Notes: generated by a model not told the origin, from the sequence alone. Positions 1-15,005 are shown, numbered from the stretch's first letter. The stretch: 64,000 nucleotides of DNA from Nymphaea colorata (GCF_008831285.2 NC_045138.2:6386001-6450000); one strand, 5' to 3'. Numbers and translations: made by a program.

Positions 1-1900
1 AATAAGCCTTGATTTCGATATGCTTTCTGAGATGGTTGGTCGTTCAGGAAAATCTACTATTAATTAGAACAAAGTGTTTTGAACTTGGTGTTGACTTTTC
101 TTTTATGGAAATTATTATGATGTCCTATCCCTGGGGATTGGGACTAGAAGGCAGCTAGTTCTATTTGGAACTCATGAGGAACTGATGTACAAGTTGAAGC
201 ACAATAGGGCCTGCAGTAAAATCAGGTCTGGTACCCTGGGTAGATGATGCTTTCAGCTATCTTGTTGGGTGGCAGGATAAAAACCTCCTCCAACTCTTTG
301 AACAAATCACAGTGACATTTTATTATGCCAGAGGCAGTTGCTCTTTTCAGTTTTCTTAAACATATCCTTAATAAGGTGATGCAAACTCCTCTGTTGACCA
401 TCACCGTGCCTTCTTAATTAATAGGTTCACCACTCTGCGTAACATGCAAAACAGAAGGCCTTATGCATAAGACAAATCATGGAGCAAACTTTATGAAAGA
501 AGGCTTCAGGCATCAGCTTCTTGTGCTGTAGAAAGAGAGACAATGATATATAAGTTGAAGCGTAGTGAGACTGTTCGCTAAAATCAGGTCTAGTACCCTA
601 GAAAGATGATGCCTTCAACTATCTTGTTTGGTGGCAGGATAAAATACTCCTCTTACTCATTGAACATATCACTGTGATGTCTTATTATGCCCGAGGCAGT
701 TGCTCTCTTTCCATTGGTTGATCCCATACCATGTGCACCACATCATTTTCAGCTTCCTGAAACACAAACTTAATAAGTGATGCAAACTCCTTTGTTGACC
801 CTCCCCACACCTTCTTAATTAATAGGTTCACCACTCCAAGTAACATGCAAGACAAAAGGCCTTATGTACAAGACAAATCATGGAGCAAACTTTATGAAAG
901 AATGTGTCAGGACTGCAGAACATTCTAAATGGGATGCTGATGACCTTATAGATTTCTTTTATAGTAAAGCATGGTGTAATGTGCATGAATGTTATATGAT
1001 TGGTGCCCCCTCCCAAGGTCAAGGAGGAAAAATGTGTGGAGTGTGGTTAGAGGGAAACCAGTGAAGGCTCAACTACTTTGATAAAATTGGAGAAGTGGAA
1101 AGTGGGGTTTTATGATATATAATATTATATGTTATGTTCCATGGCATAGTATATGTCATATAGTTGAATTATAGATAAATATATGTAATGTGTCTTTCAA
1201 ATAAATTCATGTAAGTGATTCATATAAAATCATGTTGTAAGCATGATATATACTCAGATCTAATAGCATGAAAGTACATAGGCAAAATCGCAAAATATGT
1301 ATGTACATATATATATATATATATCATGCAAAAGGCATGAACCATATGTCAAATAAAATAAAATTATTTAAGAAAACAAGTGCAAAAGTAACTTCATCAT
1401 CTGGCACACATTCACAAGCCTAGGATTCATAGAACTTGAGATCACCCTCAACAAGGTCAGTAGGATACTAGGATTTGTCCTCCAAGAATAGAATTTAAAG
1501 AAAAAAATATCTATATGCAGGAAAGGCATTGAAAATTAACATTTTAGGAAACAATACATGTATAAGTAAGAAAGCTCATGCCTCAACGTTGGGATTAACA
1601 AAGATGGCACTTTTAGATTCTAATCTTATTATTGACATCGGATGTTGCCTAATATTTAGCACAACCAACTGTACATTCCAAAGTTCGATTATTCATATCT
1701 ATATTTTCCAAACTTATGCTTTTGCTTCGTTTGAGAGAATAATGTTGGTGGGAAGACCTCATATCCACCGTTGTTTGAATGCTTGGATGTCATAATCTTA
1801 TAAAATGGAAAATATAGTGATAGTTTTCTGTCTGCATTATTCCAACCTTTCATGCAACAAGAAAGTAAAACCACATTGTTCTAAGGACAACATTGGGAAT
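1..1900. repeat. Array core repeat, copy 1 (two diverged sub-variants in tandem at ~181-503 and ~509-902)
   Basis: The motif gttgcaataagcctt...aatctactattaattagaacaaagtgttttg and its downstream sequence recur at ~15084, 27680, 29515, 34830, 40375, 41915, 50125 and 63838. Confidence 0.9.
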
Positions 1901-2104
1901 TTTTTATTCTTTTACACCAACTCTCCACCGTATATTGTTTCCTCATGAGATCCCAAATGTCCCTACCGTGACCTATTGTACAAGTTTGCCATGATGACGT
2001 AGTTTGTTAGGAGTTCCCCTAATAGTAGGGATAGTTTTCCCTATCCCCTTCAAAAGACTCCAAACTGAGTTTTGGCATATACGGTCAAAATGCAGCATTT
2101 GATT

Positions 2105-4304
2105 AACTGAGAAATGAGAGTTGGAATGAGAAATGCTATATTCTTCAATTAGAGCACAATTTTTAAGGAGACAAGTTAGCCATTTATGATTCCAAAACTT
2201 TGTCGAGCCTTCTTCAATCCTCCTTTTAATGCTATTGGCAATTCCTTTCGAGCTATTGGAGAGACCTTTAAAGAACCAGAGCCAAGAGGAGTTCTTGAAT
2301 ATCTCATGAGGCCAGAAAGTGTCATTTCAGACGTAATTCTTATGAACAAATTTGGCCCGGGCTTAACTTGAAGCAAACCTGCAAAGCAAGAAGAGCAATT
2401 TGACTTTGACCCACTTCACAAACATCATTAATGTCTTCCCTACCTTCCTTAATCAAGTGACTGATCACATTCCAAGAAATGAGATATCTGAATCCAGTCT
2501 GAGAAGAAGAGTCCCAAAGGAAGGAAGCTATGAGAGATTGGATTTCTTTAATGACCCTCACAAGAAGATGGAATACAACTGTCTAATATTGAATAATGTA
2601 AATTATTACATGATTTATAAGGCACAACCTGCCAAAAAACAAGATGAACCTTCACTTCCAACTGGCATGCTGCTTGTTGACTTTGAGAATTATGCACTCT
2701 CCTCTCTCAACCGGTCTTGGAACAGTGTGACTCCAAGGTAACAAATGGAGAAACTCCTGACCAACCAACCAAGCACAGAGCTAATCCAATGGACCATCAA
2801 ATCCTCCACATGAAATGGGATGAAGACATACTTACTGGAGTTAATCCTAAGCCCCACGCAATTGGACAACTTCTCCAACATAGATTCCATCATTTTCAAG
2901 GGATTGACCTTTGCCTGAAAAAATAGCAGTACATCACACATGAAGGAGGGGATCACTGAACACATACCCTCACGGGGGAAGGGTGTGCGAAGAAAACTCT
3001 TATCTCTAGCATATTTATTGACAAGCCTAAAAAAGGCCTCTATGACAATAATAAAAAGACTAAGGGACAGTGGTCACCCTGCCTCATACCCCGTTTAAGG
3101 TTAAAAAAACTTACCTGGGCTACCATTTACCAAAACTGTTGCCGAAGCAATAGAGACATAGCTGAAAACTCTATCGCAACATTCTTAATTAAACTCTACA
3201 TGTAATAAGGTAAATATAAGGAACAACCAATTCACCCTGTCATAAGACTTTGAGAGATCAGGTTTGAGACAAAGTGTTGGTTTCTTATCCCTATTCATGC
3301 TATGAATGAACTTATGTGCAAGGATGATGTTGTCAAGTATGACTTTATTGGCAGCAAAAACTACTTGGTCATCTAATACAATTGTCTTGAGAACATTCTT
3401 CATTTTGTTGACCATAATTTTTATGATCAATTTGTAGATACTGTTAAATAAAGAAATGGGTTGGAACTTTTGAAGAGTTCTTACACCTTCCTTCTTAGGA
3501 ATAAGAGCGATTGGTGTGCGATTGACCTTTTGAACAAGCCTTCTTATGTAAAAGAACAGTTGTACCACTTTACTCACATCCAGGCCTACAATATGCCAAT
3601 TGGCCTAATAAAAAGAGGCAGGAAACCCATCTAGTCTGGGTTGATATCCCAAAAAGATCGAAAGATTGTACTCTTGTGCTCCTCCAATGTGACGAGCTGG
3701 TTCAGCTCCTCATTTTCACTGCAAGAGACACATGGACATCCACTGTTAGAAAGAGCATGTACCCATCACCCTCTTCGATTCGAAGGAGCTGTTGTAAGTA
3801 CCCTCAGTAAGCTGCTAGGATGGCATGTTGATCCCTAGCCATGGAGCCTTCCACCTCCGGCTCAGTGATGGAACTTCTTTTTCTTCTACATCTGTTAATC
3901 GTCTGGAAATTAGTGGTATTACAATCACCTTCCAACATCCATCTCACCCTAGCCACTGTCTCCAACTGCTATTTTCCTCATCGAGGAACTTTCTTATTTA
4001 TCCCTCAGAATCCTCTCTTCATCTGCATCCACCTACCCTCCTAGATCATGAATCATTTGCAACATAATTAATTAGAACTTTATGGTGTTGATCATAAGTT
4101 CAAATGGTTCAAGCTGACCCTTCCTTTAATGAGCTAGAGGTGGAAGGCCAACTGGGTCGGTTTAAGCCTTCCCAAAAACTTGAGCATGGGCCATCCAAAA
4201 ATGTTCACAACCATTCCTGCGTGTTTACAAACTGGCAATCCAGCCTCTGCTGTAAACATCTAAAGTAATGAAATATCTGAGGCCTAAGAATGTCTCTCTT
4301 GTTG
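2105..4304 (-). mobile_element. Degenerate L1-type LINE ORF2 fragment (reverse transcriptase region), copy 1
   Basis: ORF 3185..3577 reads IALIPKK..FQPISLFNSIYKLIIKIM..DNIILAH..KPDLSKSYDRVNW, typical of plant L1 RT. A RQGD-like motif lies near 3075-3090 and a YLG motif near 2735. Many stops and frameshifts. Confidence 0.92.
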
Positions 4305-4694
4305 GGTTGGGTCCAGCCTCAAGTGAGGACCCGACCCAACCCACCTGCTCATTTGAGCAAGTGGGTGAGGAAAAGAAGAAGAGCACCCAGCAGTGCCCTA
4401 TTCACCACTGTTTTGAAAATGAGAAAAGGGAGAAAGAAGCCCCTTGTTGAATGCTCACCAAACCAGTAAGAAGGGCAGGGTGAGTGTGTGTCAACGGTGA
4501 AGAAAGGAGAAGGAAAGATAAAGAAAAACACAACTATGGGTTTGTGCTGCTATGTGGGTACATGAGCAGATAGAGAAAGTGAAGAAAACAATGGAAAGAA
4601 AAGAAGAACACATGGTGATTCCTTTCCTTATAGTTTTCTTATGCATTCATTTTTTTTATTGAAACTATGTTTGTTTGAAAAAACAATCATAACA
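4300..4694 (+). mobile_element. Putative 5' LTR of a Ty1/copia element
   Basis: Begins TGTTG at 4300, where LINE homology ends, and ends AACA at 4694, 3 nt before a PBS. Confidence 0.6.
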
Positions 4695-4697
4695 AAT

Positions 4698-4708
4698 TGG
4701 TATCAGAG
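4698..4708 (+). promoter_or_regulatory. Primer-binding site complementary to initiator tRNA-Met
   Basis: TGGTATCAGAG, the canonical plant LTR-retrotransposon PBS, between the putative LTR and the gag start. Confidence 0.85.
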
Positions 4709-4741
4709 TGCTTGGTTTGTAGTTTTCATTCTCATTGAAAT

Positions 4742-5318
4742 ATGGAATGGACCACCACTAGAATGATCTGCCTAAACAAAAACAATTGGACTATATAGAA
4801 ATCAAAAATAGAGAATTTTCTCTATTCTAAAGATGTGTATGCACCCATTGAGAACAAGAGGCCAACAAATAAGGCAGATAATAAATAAAAATATTAGATA
4901 AGAAAACCATCCATTGGCACCATTAGACAATGGTTAGACGATAGTGTCCTTCAATTGGTATCGGAAAAGACGAATGCAAAGTTATTGCGGCAGAAGTTGC
5001 ATGATCTTTACGAATAAGAAAACAATTGGAAACAAGGCTTTCTTGTTGAAGCAATTGGTAAATCTCAAACTTAGAGAGGGGAGTCCTGTGTCACAGTATT
5101 TGAAAAAAGTGCAGATCATAATTAATCAGTTGTTAGCCATGAAAATGATGTTAGATAATGAGTTACAGACACTTTTATGGCTAAGTTCTCTTCCAAATAG
5201 TTGGGAGACCCTAATTGTTTCTTTGAGCAACTCTACTCCAGATAGTGTGCTAACAATGAAGCATGTAACCAACAACATTTTAAATTAAAAGACTAGGAGA
5301 AATACTCTTGGTACTTGG
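4742..5318 (+). pseudogene. Ty1/copia gag fragment (Tnt1-like, UBN2/Retrotran_gag_2 type), 3'-truncated
   Basis: ATG at 4742 (MEWTTTRMICLNKNNW...) and ORF 4944..5288 NKAFLLKQLVNLKLREG...LLWLSSLPNSWETLIVSLSNS. Contains internal stops and frameshifts. Confidence 0.88.
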
Positions 5319-5885
5319 TGAGAACCTAGACCCGAATAGCGATTTCTACGCCCAAGAATAGATCCCAAGTCCAGGATCAACTTGCGGGAGCCTAAAGTCC
5401 AAACTTAAGCAAATTATATTTACAAAGCTTTTCCCGCCGGACAGCAACCGCGGCTTAACAGTACCCTGGGTATAAGATACAAGTATGTTTTCCCTGACCC
5501 AAGTCTTCAATCCTATTACAAAACTGAGGGGACTAAGGCTTGTACAAACACGAGCGATACAGATTTAACTCTCACAACTCACTCATCATTCATTCACAAA
5601 CCATTCATACAATCCCAAAGAATGGCCAAACCATGTCCTTTCCCTTTGGTGGTCTAGCTACTCGCAGTTGTGTCTTTGGCAAGGAGCCTTGGAGGGACTA
5701 CCGACAGTAGCAAATGGCTAGAGCCTGGCTCAGAAAGCAAATGCACCCAATAACCCCGTTCTATAGGATGTTTAGAAGTTACCTAGCCGATGAGAGATCG
5801 ACTTAAACAGCAATAGGATCCGAGAGAAAACCAGTGGCTCAGCCACTCTCGGATATAACAGCAAGGAGGTGGAGTGGAGGCCAAA
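5319..5885. mobile_element. Possible LTR-derived non-coding segment truncating the copia gag
   Basis: Starts TG at an abrupt end of gag homology and abuts gypsy pol. No partner LTR seen. Confidence 0.3.
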
Positions 5886-5889
5886 GCTG

Positions 5890-7235
5890 TTTGTTGTGTT
5901 GGTGTTGAAACTCGTTGTTTGAGCATGTATTTAAGGCTGTTCTGATCTGTCTTCACGATGAATCTTCAGCCTATGAGGTAAGGCCTCCATTTCTCAACTG
6001 ACAACACTATGGCAAGAAGTTCTTCCTCATATGTCGATAACGGTTTGGCTCGATTGGTGAGAGCCTTTGACATATATGCTATAAGGTGATTTTCTTGGCT
6101 GAGGACAACTCCTATGCCAATGTCACAAGCATCTGTTTCAATAGTGAAAGGCTTGCTAAAATCGGGCAAGGTGAGAACAGGTGCTGTCATGAGTGCTGAT
6201 TTCAATTTCTCAAATGCTTCTCTTGCTTTGTCTGACCAAGCGAATGATCCTTTCTTAGTCATTTGGGTTAATGGGGCAGCTATGAGCCCCATTAACCCAA
6301 ATGACTAATGGAGCCTTTGTTGTGTTGGTGTTGAAACTCGTTGTTTGAGCATGTATTTAAGGCTGTTCTGATCTGTCTTCATGATGAATCTTCAGCCTAT
6401 GAGGTAAGGCCTCCATTTCTCAACTGACAACACTATGGCAAGAAGTTCTTTCTCATATGTCGATAACGGTTTGGCTCAATTGGTGAGAGACTTTGACATA
6501 TAGGGTGATTTTCTTGGTTGAGGACAACTCCTATGCCAATGTCACAAGCATCTGTTTCAATAGTGAAAGGCTTGCTAAAATCTGGCAAGGTGAGAACAGG
6601 TGCTGTCATGAGTGCCGATTTCAATTTTTCAAATGCTTCTCTTGCTTTGTCTGACCAAGCGAATGCTTATTTCTTAGTCATTCGGGTTAGTGGGGCAGCT
6701 ATGAGCCCGTAGCCTTCAATGAATCTTCTATAATAGCCGGTTAACCCAAGAAATCCACGGAGGCTTTTCAAGTCTTTAGGCAAAGGCCAGTTGTTCATTG
6801 CCTCTAATTTTTCAGGGTCTGCTTTTACCCCTTCTTTGGATACTATGTGCCCAAGATATCCGATTGAGGGTTGGCCAAAGCTGCATTTTGACCCCTTAGC
6901 ATAAAGACGATGTTCCCTCAAAATTTGTAAGGCCATGGTCAAGTGGGCAGCATGTTGCTCTACTGACTGGCTATATACGAGAATGCGATCAAAGAATACC
7001 AAGATGAAGTTTCTAAGATACCTCCTAAACACATCATTCATGCACCTCTGGAATGTGGCGGGTGCATTGGTTAAGCCAAAATGCATCACCAAGAACTCAT
7101 AGTGTCCATCATGAGTTCTAAAAGTTGTTTTTGGAATGTCTTCATCGTGCATTCTAATCTGGTGGTAGAGGAACCGGTTAACACATCTAGAAGTTCGTCG
7201 ATTACCGGTATTGGATGCCGGTCCTTCACGGTTGC
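5890..7235 (-). pseudogene. Ty3/gypsy pol fragment: RT plus tandemly duplicated RNase H region
   Basis: TVKDRHPIPVIDELLD, KTTFRTHDGHYEFLVMHFGLTNAPATFQ, VFFDRILVYS (catalytic DD changed to DR), LRGFLGLTGYYRRF and ETDACDIGIG. RNase H units at ~5890-6289 and ~6316-6708. Confidence 0.95.
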
Positions 7236-8651
7236 CCCATCTGGTGTTACACCAAGAGAAGAAGCCAAGGGCTATGCGATTTGCATTGGGAGGTTGTGAA
7301 CGTATGGCTTAGGTAATGATGGAGTAGGGAGGTATTAAAATGGTCTAATGATGAAGGGGAGAGGTGGCAAGCTTGGAGTTAATCTCTTGAGCTCATGGGT
7401 TGGCTTTAGGGACGGTTACAAGAAGAAAGGGAGGCCAACGGGTAGAGGAGGTGAAGGATGCGAGTGAAGGGGGTGAACCATTGTGGCTGGAGTGTAATGA
7501 TGAGGAGGACACCTGGCTAGGGATGAAATTAACTTACCTTTATGCGTGGCCAAGTGTGGAGCTCTTTAAAATGAGAAGCGTTATATAACGCTTGAACTAA
7601 TGAAGGGAAGCCGAAGGGAAAGAAGAGGAGTGAGCGCCCACAGGTTTGGACTCTTTAACGCTATTCCCTTGAGTTTACCAAACTGCCCTTTTCAAATAAG
7701 CCAGTAATCAATTAGTCAATTAATGACCATGGGCAAACTTGGAATTGGCGGAAAAGATTGGACGCCGATTGGGTTTCGCCGGAGTTAGTGCAGCGTTGAG
7801 TATTTTCGGTGGCAGAAAAGTACGATGCAGGATTGATTGCTGCTGTCGTGGACGAGTTTTCAAGGGGATTAACCAGTCAATTTCGCTGAAATCCTATTGG
7901 TCGTCTACCAATGGAATTCCGACGAGCTCTCTCGGTTTCTCACCTTGAAAATCAGTCCTCTAAGAGCTAGCGTCGATCATCCTTTCCGGCGCTCTTTGTC
8001 TCTGTTTTTAGCAGAGATCAAGGGGCCCACTAGGGACGATTTCAACTAGTCCTCTGCTCCGCTCAAGTAGGGAAGGAGCCGGGAGATTAACGACACCTAC
8101 CTCTTCTCTTGCAGCCGGAGTCTTGTGCTTGGGTACTAGGCGACTAGAGCCACGAGTCGCTCTCCTCCAAGCCTTCCCGATTATCTTCTCCAGCCTCTAA
8201 CTCCTTTCGGGAATGAAGAAGTTGCACAGCGAGAAGATGGCGATTCAGTTGGGGAATTTGTGCGTAGGAAGAAGGTGCTCCAAGAGGATTTCCGATGGCC
8301 TCAAGGAACGTCCTCAAACCTGTTTTACTTCAACCAGAGCCATGGGTTGGAGCCTTTGGATTCCAATCACCGGCGGTAAGACGATGAAGGAAAGAGAGAG
8401 GCGAGAGCCAATGCACACGAAAAAACTCAACTTCTAATTCTTAATTGCATAATGAAAAAAGACTTACAAAAGAGTTTAAGTACTTGAAATAAAACTGGTT
8501 CTTAACATGTGAACCGAGACACTTGCTGAAATGAAATGACTCAACTATAAAGCAAAAGCATAAAAGGAGACCGAGACGAGACGTCTCCAATGTTTAGTGA
8601 GTTTGGCCTCTCCCTCACGGGTTCAGCCATATAACTTGCCTAAGTTCGGCC

Positions 8652-10882
<2,231 letters not shown>

Positions 10883-12729
10883 AAAGTTGAGAGATAGAGA
10901 TGAATAAGGAATAATAAAAGAAATAGAAAAGGTGGCCAATAAAGAGAGAAAAGATCTTAGGGTCGTCATTTGCACCATGCATAACATGAGTCTCTTTGAA
11001 ACCATTGCTCATTGTCTCCTTAAGCAAGGTTTGAGAAGAGCGAGAAGGTGAGAAAGGTAAAAATGAAATATGAAGGAAAAAGAACAAGAAAAATATATAT
11101 GAAAAAGAAAAATGGAGGAAAGAAAACAGAAAGTAGAGGACGTTCCGTTCTCTCTCAACTGTGGCAAGCAAAGGGTGTTCTTATCACAAATGCACATCAA
11201 AAGAAACAAAACTACAAAATTATTCAATATGACATCCAAGCTTTCAAAGAACGGTGGATATGGTTATAGCTTGCCCACTACATGATAAATTATTAGAATA
11301 GATTATCAAAATGCTTTTTGTAGTCCAACGTTAATTATTGATATAATTTTCGGAGTGATTTGAGTTTAGATGCATTTTTCTTTATCAATCAATGCAATGA
11401 GGTGAGGCGAATCATTAAGCCTGTCATGAGGTGAGCGTAAGCATCTAGGAATTGAAGCATAAACATCAGGATCGACATGTTAAAATATATAATATGCACA
11501 AAATTAATGAAAAAATTGAAAGAGAAAAACTAAAATAACAAATATATAAGTAAAAAACTATAAAAAAAACGAATTTGAATCGTGTTAATCATCTTTCATG
11601 CATGCTCACGTAACAATTCTTGTAAAATCCATCTGTCTTAACAATATCTTCCATGTGGAAATTAAAAAATCTCATCTTAACATAATTCACTTGCGTAATA
11701 AAAATAAAATAAACAAAATCGATCCTTAAACTTGAAAAATTAACTGCACATGTATTTCGGTAATAATCAAGAAAACATCATTTCACAACTCAAATATAAT
11801 AGTCACATTGACACATTGATGACAAACCAAAAACAAGGAACTAATATGAGATGCGAAGCGTGAGAACATGCATGTTTCTTTTAGAGAAAATATAATTTAA
11901 CAATTTTAATTAGTATTACATGATTATTTCTGTAAAGAATCTAAGCCATTTGACTCATTCAAAAAATAAGCCCACCCTTACAACATCATTACAGTAGAAA
12001 CTCAAAAGTAAATTTTTATGGAAACAACAATAAAATCACCGACCAATTAATCAGTTCCATTTTAGTGGACAGGTTTTGAAACAAACATAATTAAGCCTAG
12101 AGTCGCACTTGAAACAGACACTTACTATGGCGTCAGAATGTGACCCATATGATTTGTTTGACTATGCTACTTATAATGGTATTCACAAATTCACATAATT
12201 CTACTGGATAATTTGAAGATTCTAAAATCTGAGTCTATTTTTGTAATATAGGAAAAATAACTAAAGTTACAGAAATTTTATGAAGAAGTACATGTTTTAA
12301 AGGGTCGACTCCAAGTGGACTCAATGACCTTTAACACCAGCCATCTCTCTTTCTCTCTCTCTCTCTCTTTGCCACCATCGACAGATCTACTGAGGGCACC
12401 AAAAGGATGGTGCCGTCAGCTGACTAAAGGCATCACCTCTCCACAAAGGGTGGCTGGGAGAAGACATAACCTACCTTCTCAGTGGAGAGTGAGCTGCGTG
12501 CACCACCTTGTGCAAGCAGCAAATGTGCACCCAAAGGTGGATTAAAGTAGTTTGGTAATTTTTAAAAAACCATAATTTTTTCTCCTTTCTACCGACCAAG
12601 ACATTTTGGTCATTATGCACGCTGGTGCACAAGGGTATATATGACCACTTTTGTTTCCAAGACGTAGAATGTTGAATATTCCAAACGCCACCTAAATTAA
12701 AACAAATAGGCTGTGCTTCAATACTTAAC

Positions 12730-12801
<72 letters not shown>

Positions 12802-12867
12802 ACTAGTGAGGCATAAAAAAGACATAGTACCAAAAAGGGCAAAGCTGATTGCAAACGCAAACCTCTG

Positions 12868-12990
12868 CATTGTGCATAGGACCATGTGCATGACATGTAC
12901 CCTCAATAGTGGGCCAAGGAACATTGTGCATAGGACTATGTGCATGACACGTACCCTCAAGAGTGGTCCAGAAAGACACATGTCATGCAC
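12868..12990. repeat. 54-bp tandem repeat, about 2.3 copies
   Basis: cattgtgcataggac(c/t)atgtgcatgaca(t/c)gtaccctcaa(t/g)agtgg repeated head to tail. Also present at ~61620-61742. Confidence 0.85.
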
Positions 12991-13396
12991 CGTATAATCA
13001 CCTCTCCACAAAGGGTGGATGGGAGAAGATGTAACCTACCATCCTATGGGAGAAGATGCACCGTATAATCCTGTTAAATGTCATTTTAGGGGAGAGATGG
13101 TGACAAACACATTAGTATTAGATTAAAATTGAGGTTCTCATGTTGAAGTGGTTGTTAATTATTAAATGAGAATGGATTTCATAGAATTCATTTTTGAGGT
13201 GGAGATTCTTAAAGAATGCAATGCAAGGTGATAAATTGCTCTTTCCTATGTTGTGATTTAGAACAATTGTTATTCTCATGACAAGTTTAAGTGGACCTAT
13301 CAAATCATGCTAGTATATTTATTAATGGTTACTAGTTGGAGTTGGGCCTATGGTTTAAGAAATGGGCATAGTTTTGTTTTTGTTTCATGCATACTT

Positions 13397-13789
13397 GTTC
13401 CACCCTGCCGATTGTATAATTCTTTATGTTTTGATTCTTCAACTTTCATAGAACTGTGATCAAGCTCAGGACTCTTTTCTCAAAGGTAAATTATTCAAGT
13501 TGGTCACGCTTCCATCTAGATCTCCAGTAGGAAACTGTCGCACTTGAGGAGATGTGTCGATTTTGTTATTGCCAAATCTTGCAGTCTCCGTTTCCTCATT
13601 TAGTGGCAATAAGAAAATCGACACATCTCCTCAAGTGCAATGGTTTTCTACTGGAGATCTAGATGAAAGCGTGACCAACTTGAATAATTTACCTTTGAGA
13701 AAGAGTCCTGAGCTTGATCACAGTTCTATGAAAGTTAAGAATCAAAACATAAAGAATCACCATTCCAGATACAATTGGCAGGGTGGAAC
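13397..13789. repeat. Long inverted repeat (arms ~180 bp, 29-nt loop)
   Basis: 13397-13574 is the near-perfect reverse complement of 13604-13789. Confidence 0.97.
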
Positions 13790-15005
13790 TTTATGACAGG
13801 AATGCAACAGGTCGAGAGGAGATGTACACTAAGATCGTGCATACTAATGAATGTGAAACAGGTCAAGACTCACATGGTAGCAACAGCAACAGGCACTTCC
13901 AATCCATTGTTGGCAGAAATATACCACCAACAGCAACTGATGATGAGAATTTGCTCTACTTTTCCGTAATTTTCTTCCAAAATTTGACCGCACTCAGGCT
14001 GTTAATCAAATTGGATCAAGTCTAGAGTGTGCTGCTCCAGCAGATGAGTTTGTGAACAGATAAAAAAAGCTGTTTTGAGCAATGATCATTCTCAGAACTT
14101 TTGTGCATGGCAGAATCATCAATGTTCAAAGGTCTATATGCAAACATGAGTCACTGTGGGTCACATGGAGAGCACGTTCGAAACGCTTCTGACCAGTTGC
14201 TGCATGAAAAGCGAAAAACAAACTTGGATAAGGTAAAAGTTAATAACCTATTTTTTATTGCAATATCAAGCAGTCATGGTATTATGTGAACTGGAAGTCT
14301 TCATACAAATTTGTCGATCTGCTCTTAGAACCTCTGAATAACTAATTCCATAGAATGACAATGAAATATTTCAAAAGCTATAGTGCCCTTCAAAAAGAAA
14401 AAAATTATTCAAAACAATGGGAGAATGTTTTGCAGACAGAAAAGAGATAATTGATTTGGCAATTATGAAAACGCAGCTGCGAATATGCAACAACTTTTAA
14501 CAATTTTCTGATTTTAAAAACTCATATTCACTTGTTGGATTTTATGGTCACTTTCTTTACACGCACCTAAAGGTCCTCTTTCCTGCTTCCATTTACATTA
14601 ATACCTTTAGATTCCTCGCTCATCACACTCAGCAGCCTTTATATTTTTTCCTTCAGTCTAGCTGCCACTAATTCCTACTAGTGCAAGATAATCTCTGAAA
14701 AGTGATTAGAATAAAGCATAGGGTGCCACCATCCTGCCTCATGTGTCGGAGAAGAAATACGAACACTAACAGATGAACAACTGAAATCCTTGCAAGTTTT
14801 AGGAGCAGGGCCTTCACTTGAAATAGACAATTTCCCTAAGGTAAATGGTGAGAGCAAGACTTCATCAGTGGAAGACACATCCTCCATCATAATCTTTGCA
14901 CAGGAGGCAGATAGAATCAGTTCTGTAAACAAAGCAACAGACCCAGATGGGCTTCTTGGCAAGTTTGGGGACTGCAAGCAATGTCATCTCTTCTCTTTCC
15001 TGTAG
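13604..15005 (+). pseudogene. Unidentified two-exon protein-coding gene fragment (disrupted)
   Basis: Consecutive protein-like ORF pieces end at AAG|GTAAAA (14232/14233). An AT-rich intron ends TTTTTTCCTTCAG (14656), followed by coding-like sequence (..EEIRTLTDEQLKSLQVLGAGPSLEIDNFPKVNGE..) to TAG at 15005. No family recognised. Confidence 0.5.

Noticed and set aside
864..1064. Recurrent short ORF MYKTNHGANFMKE... (also 15929, 30047)
   Set aside because: Recurs only because the DNA repeat recurs; C-termini differ and other copies are disrupted.
11276..11325. CACTACATG...TTTTTGTAGTC as a miniature CACTA element
   Set aside because: Only 50 bp, imperfect TIRs and no 3-bp TSD; too weak to call.
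12543..12694. Tourist/Harbinger-like MITE ending CCAAACGCCACCTAA
   Set aside because: The left TIR is too degenerate to support by eye.
12868..12990. CRISPR-like repeat array
   Set aside because: Head-to-tail units without unique spacers, eukaryotic context and no cas genes.
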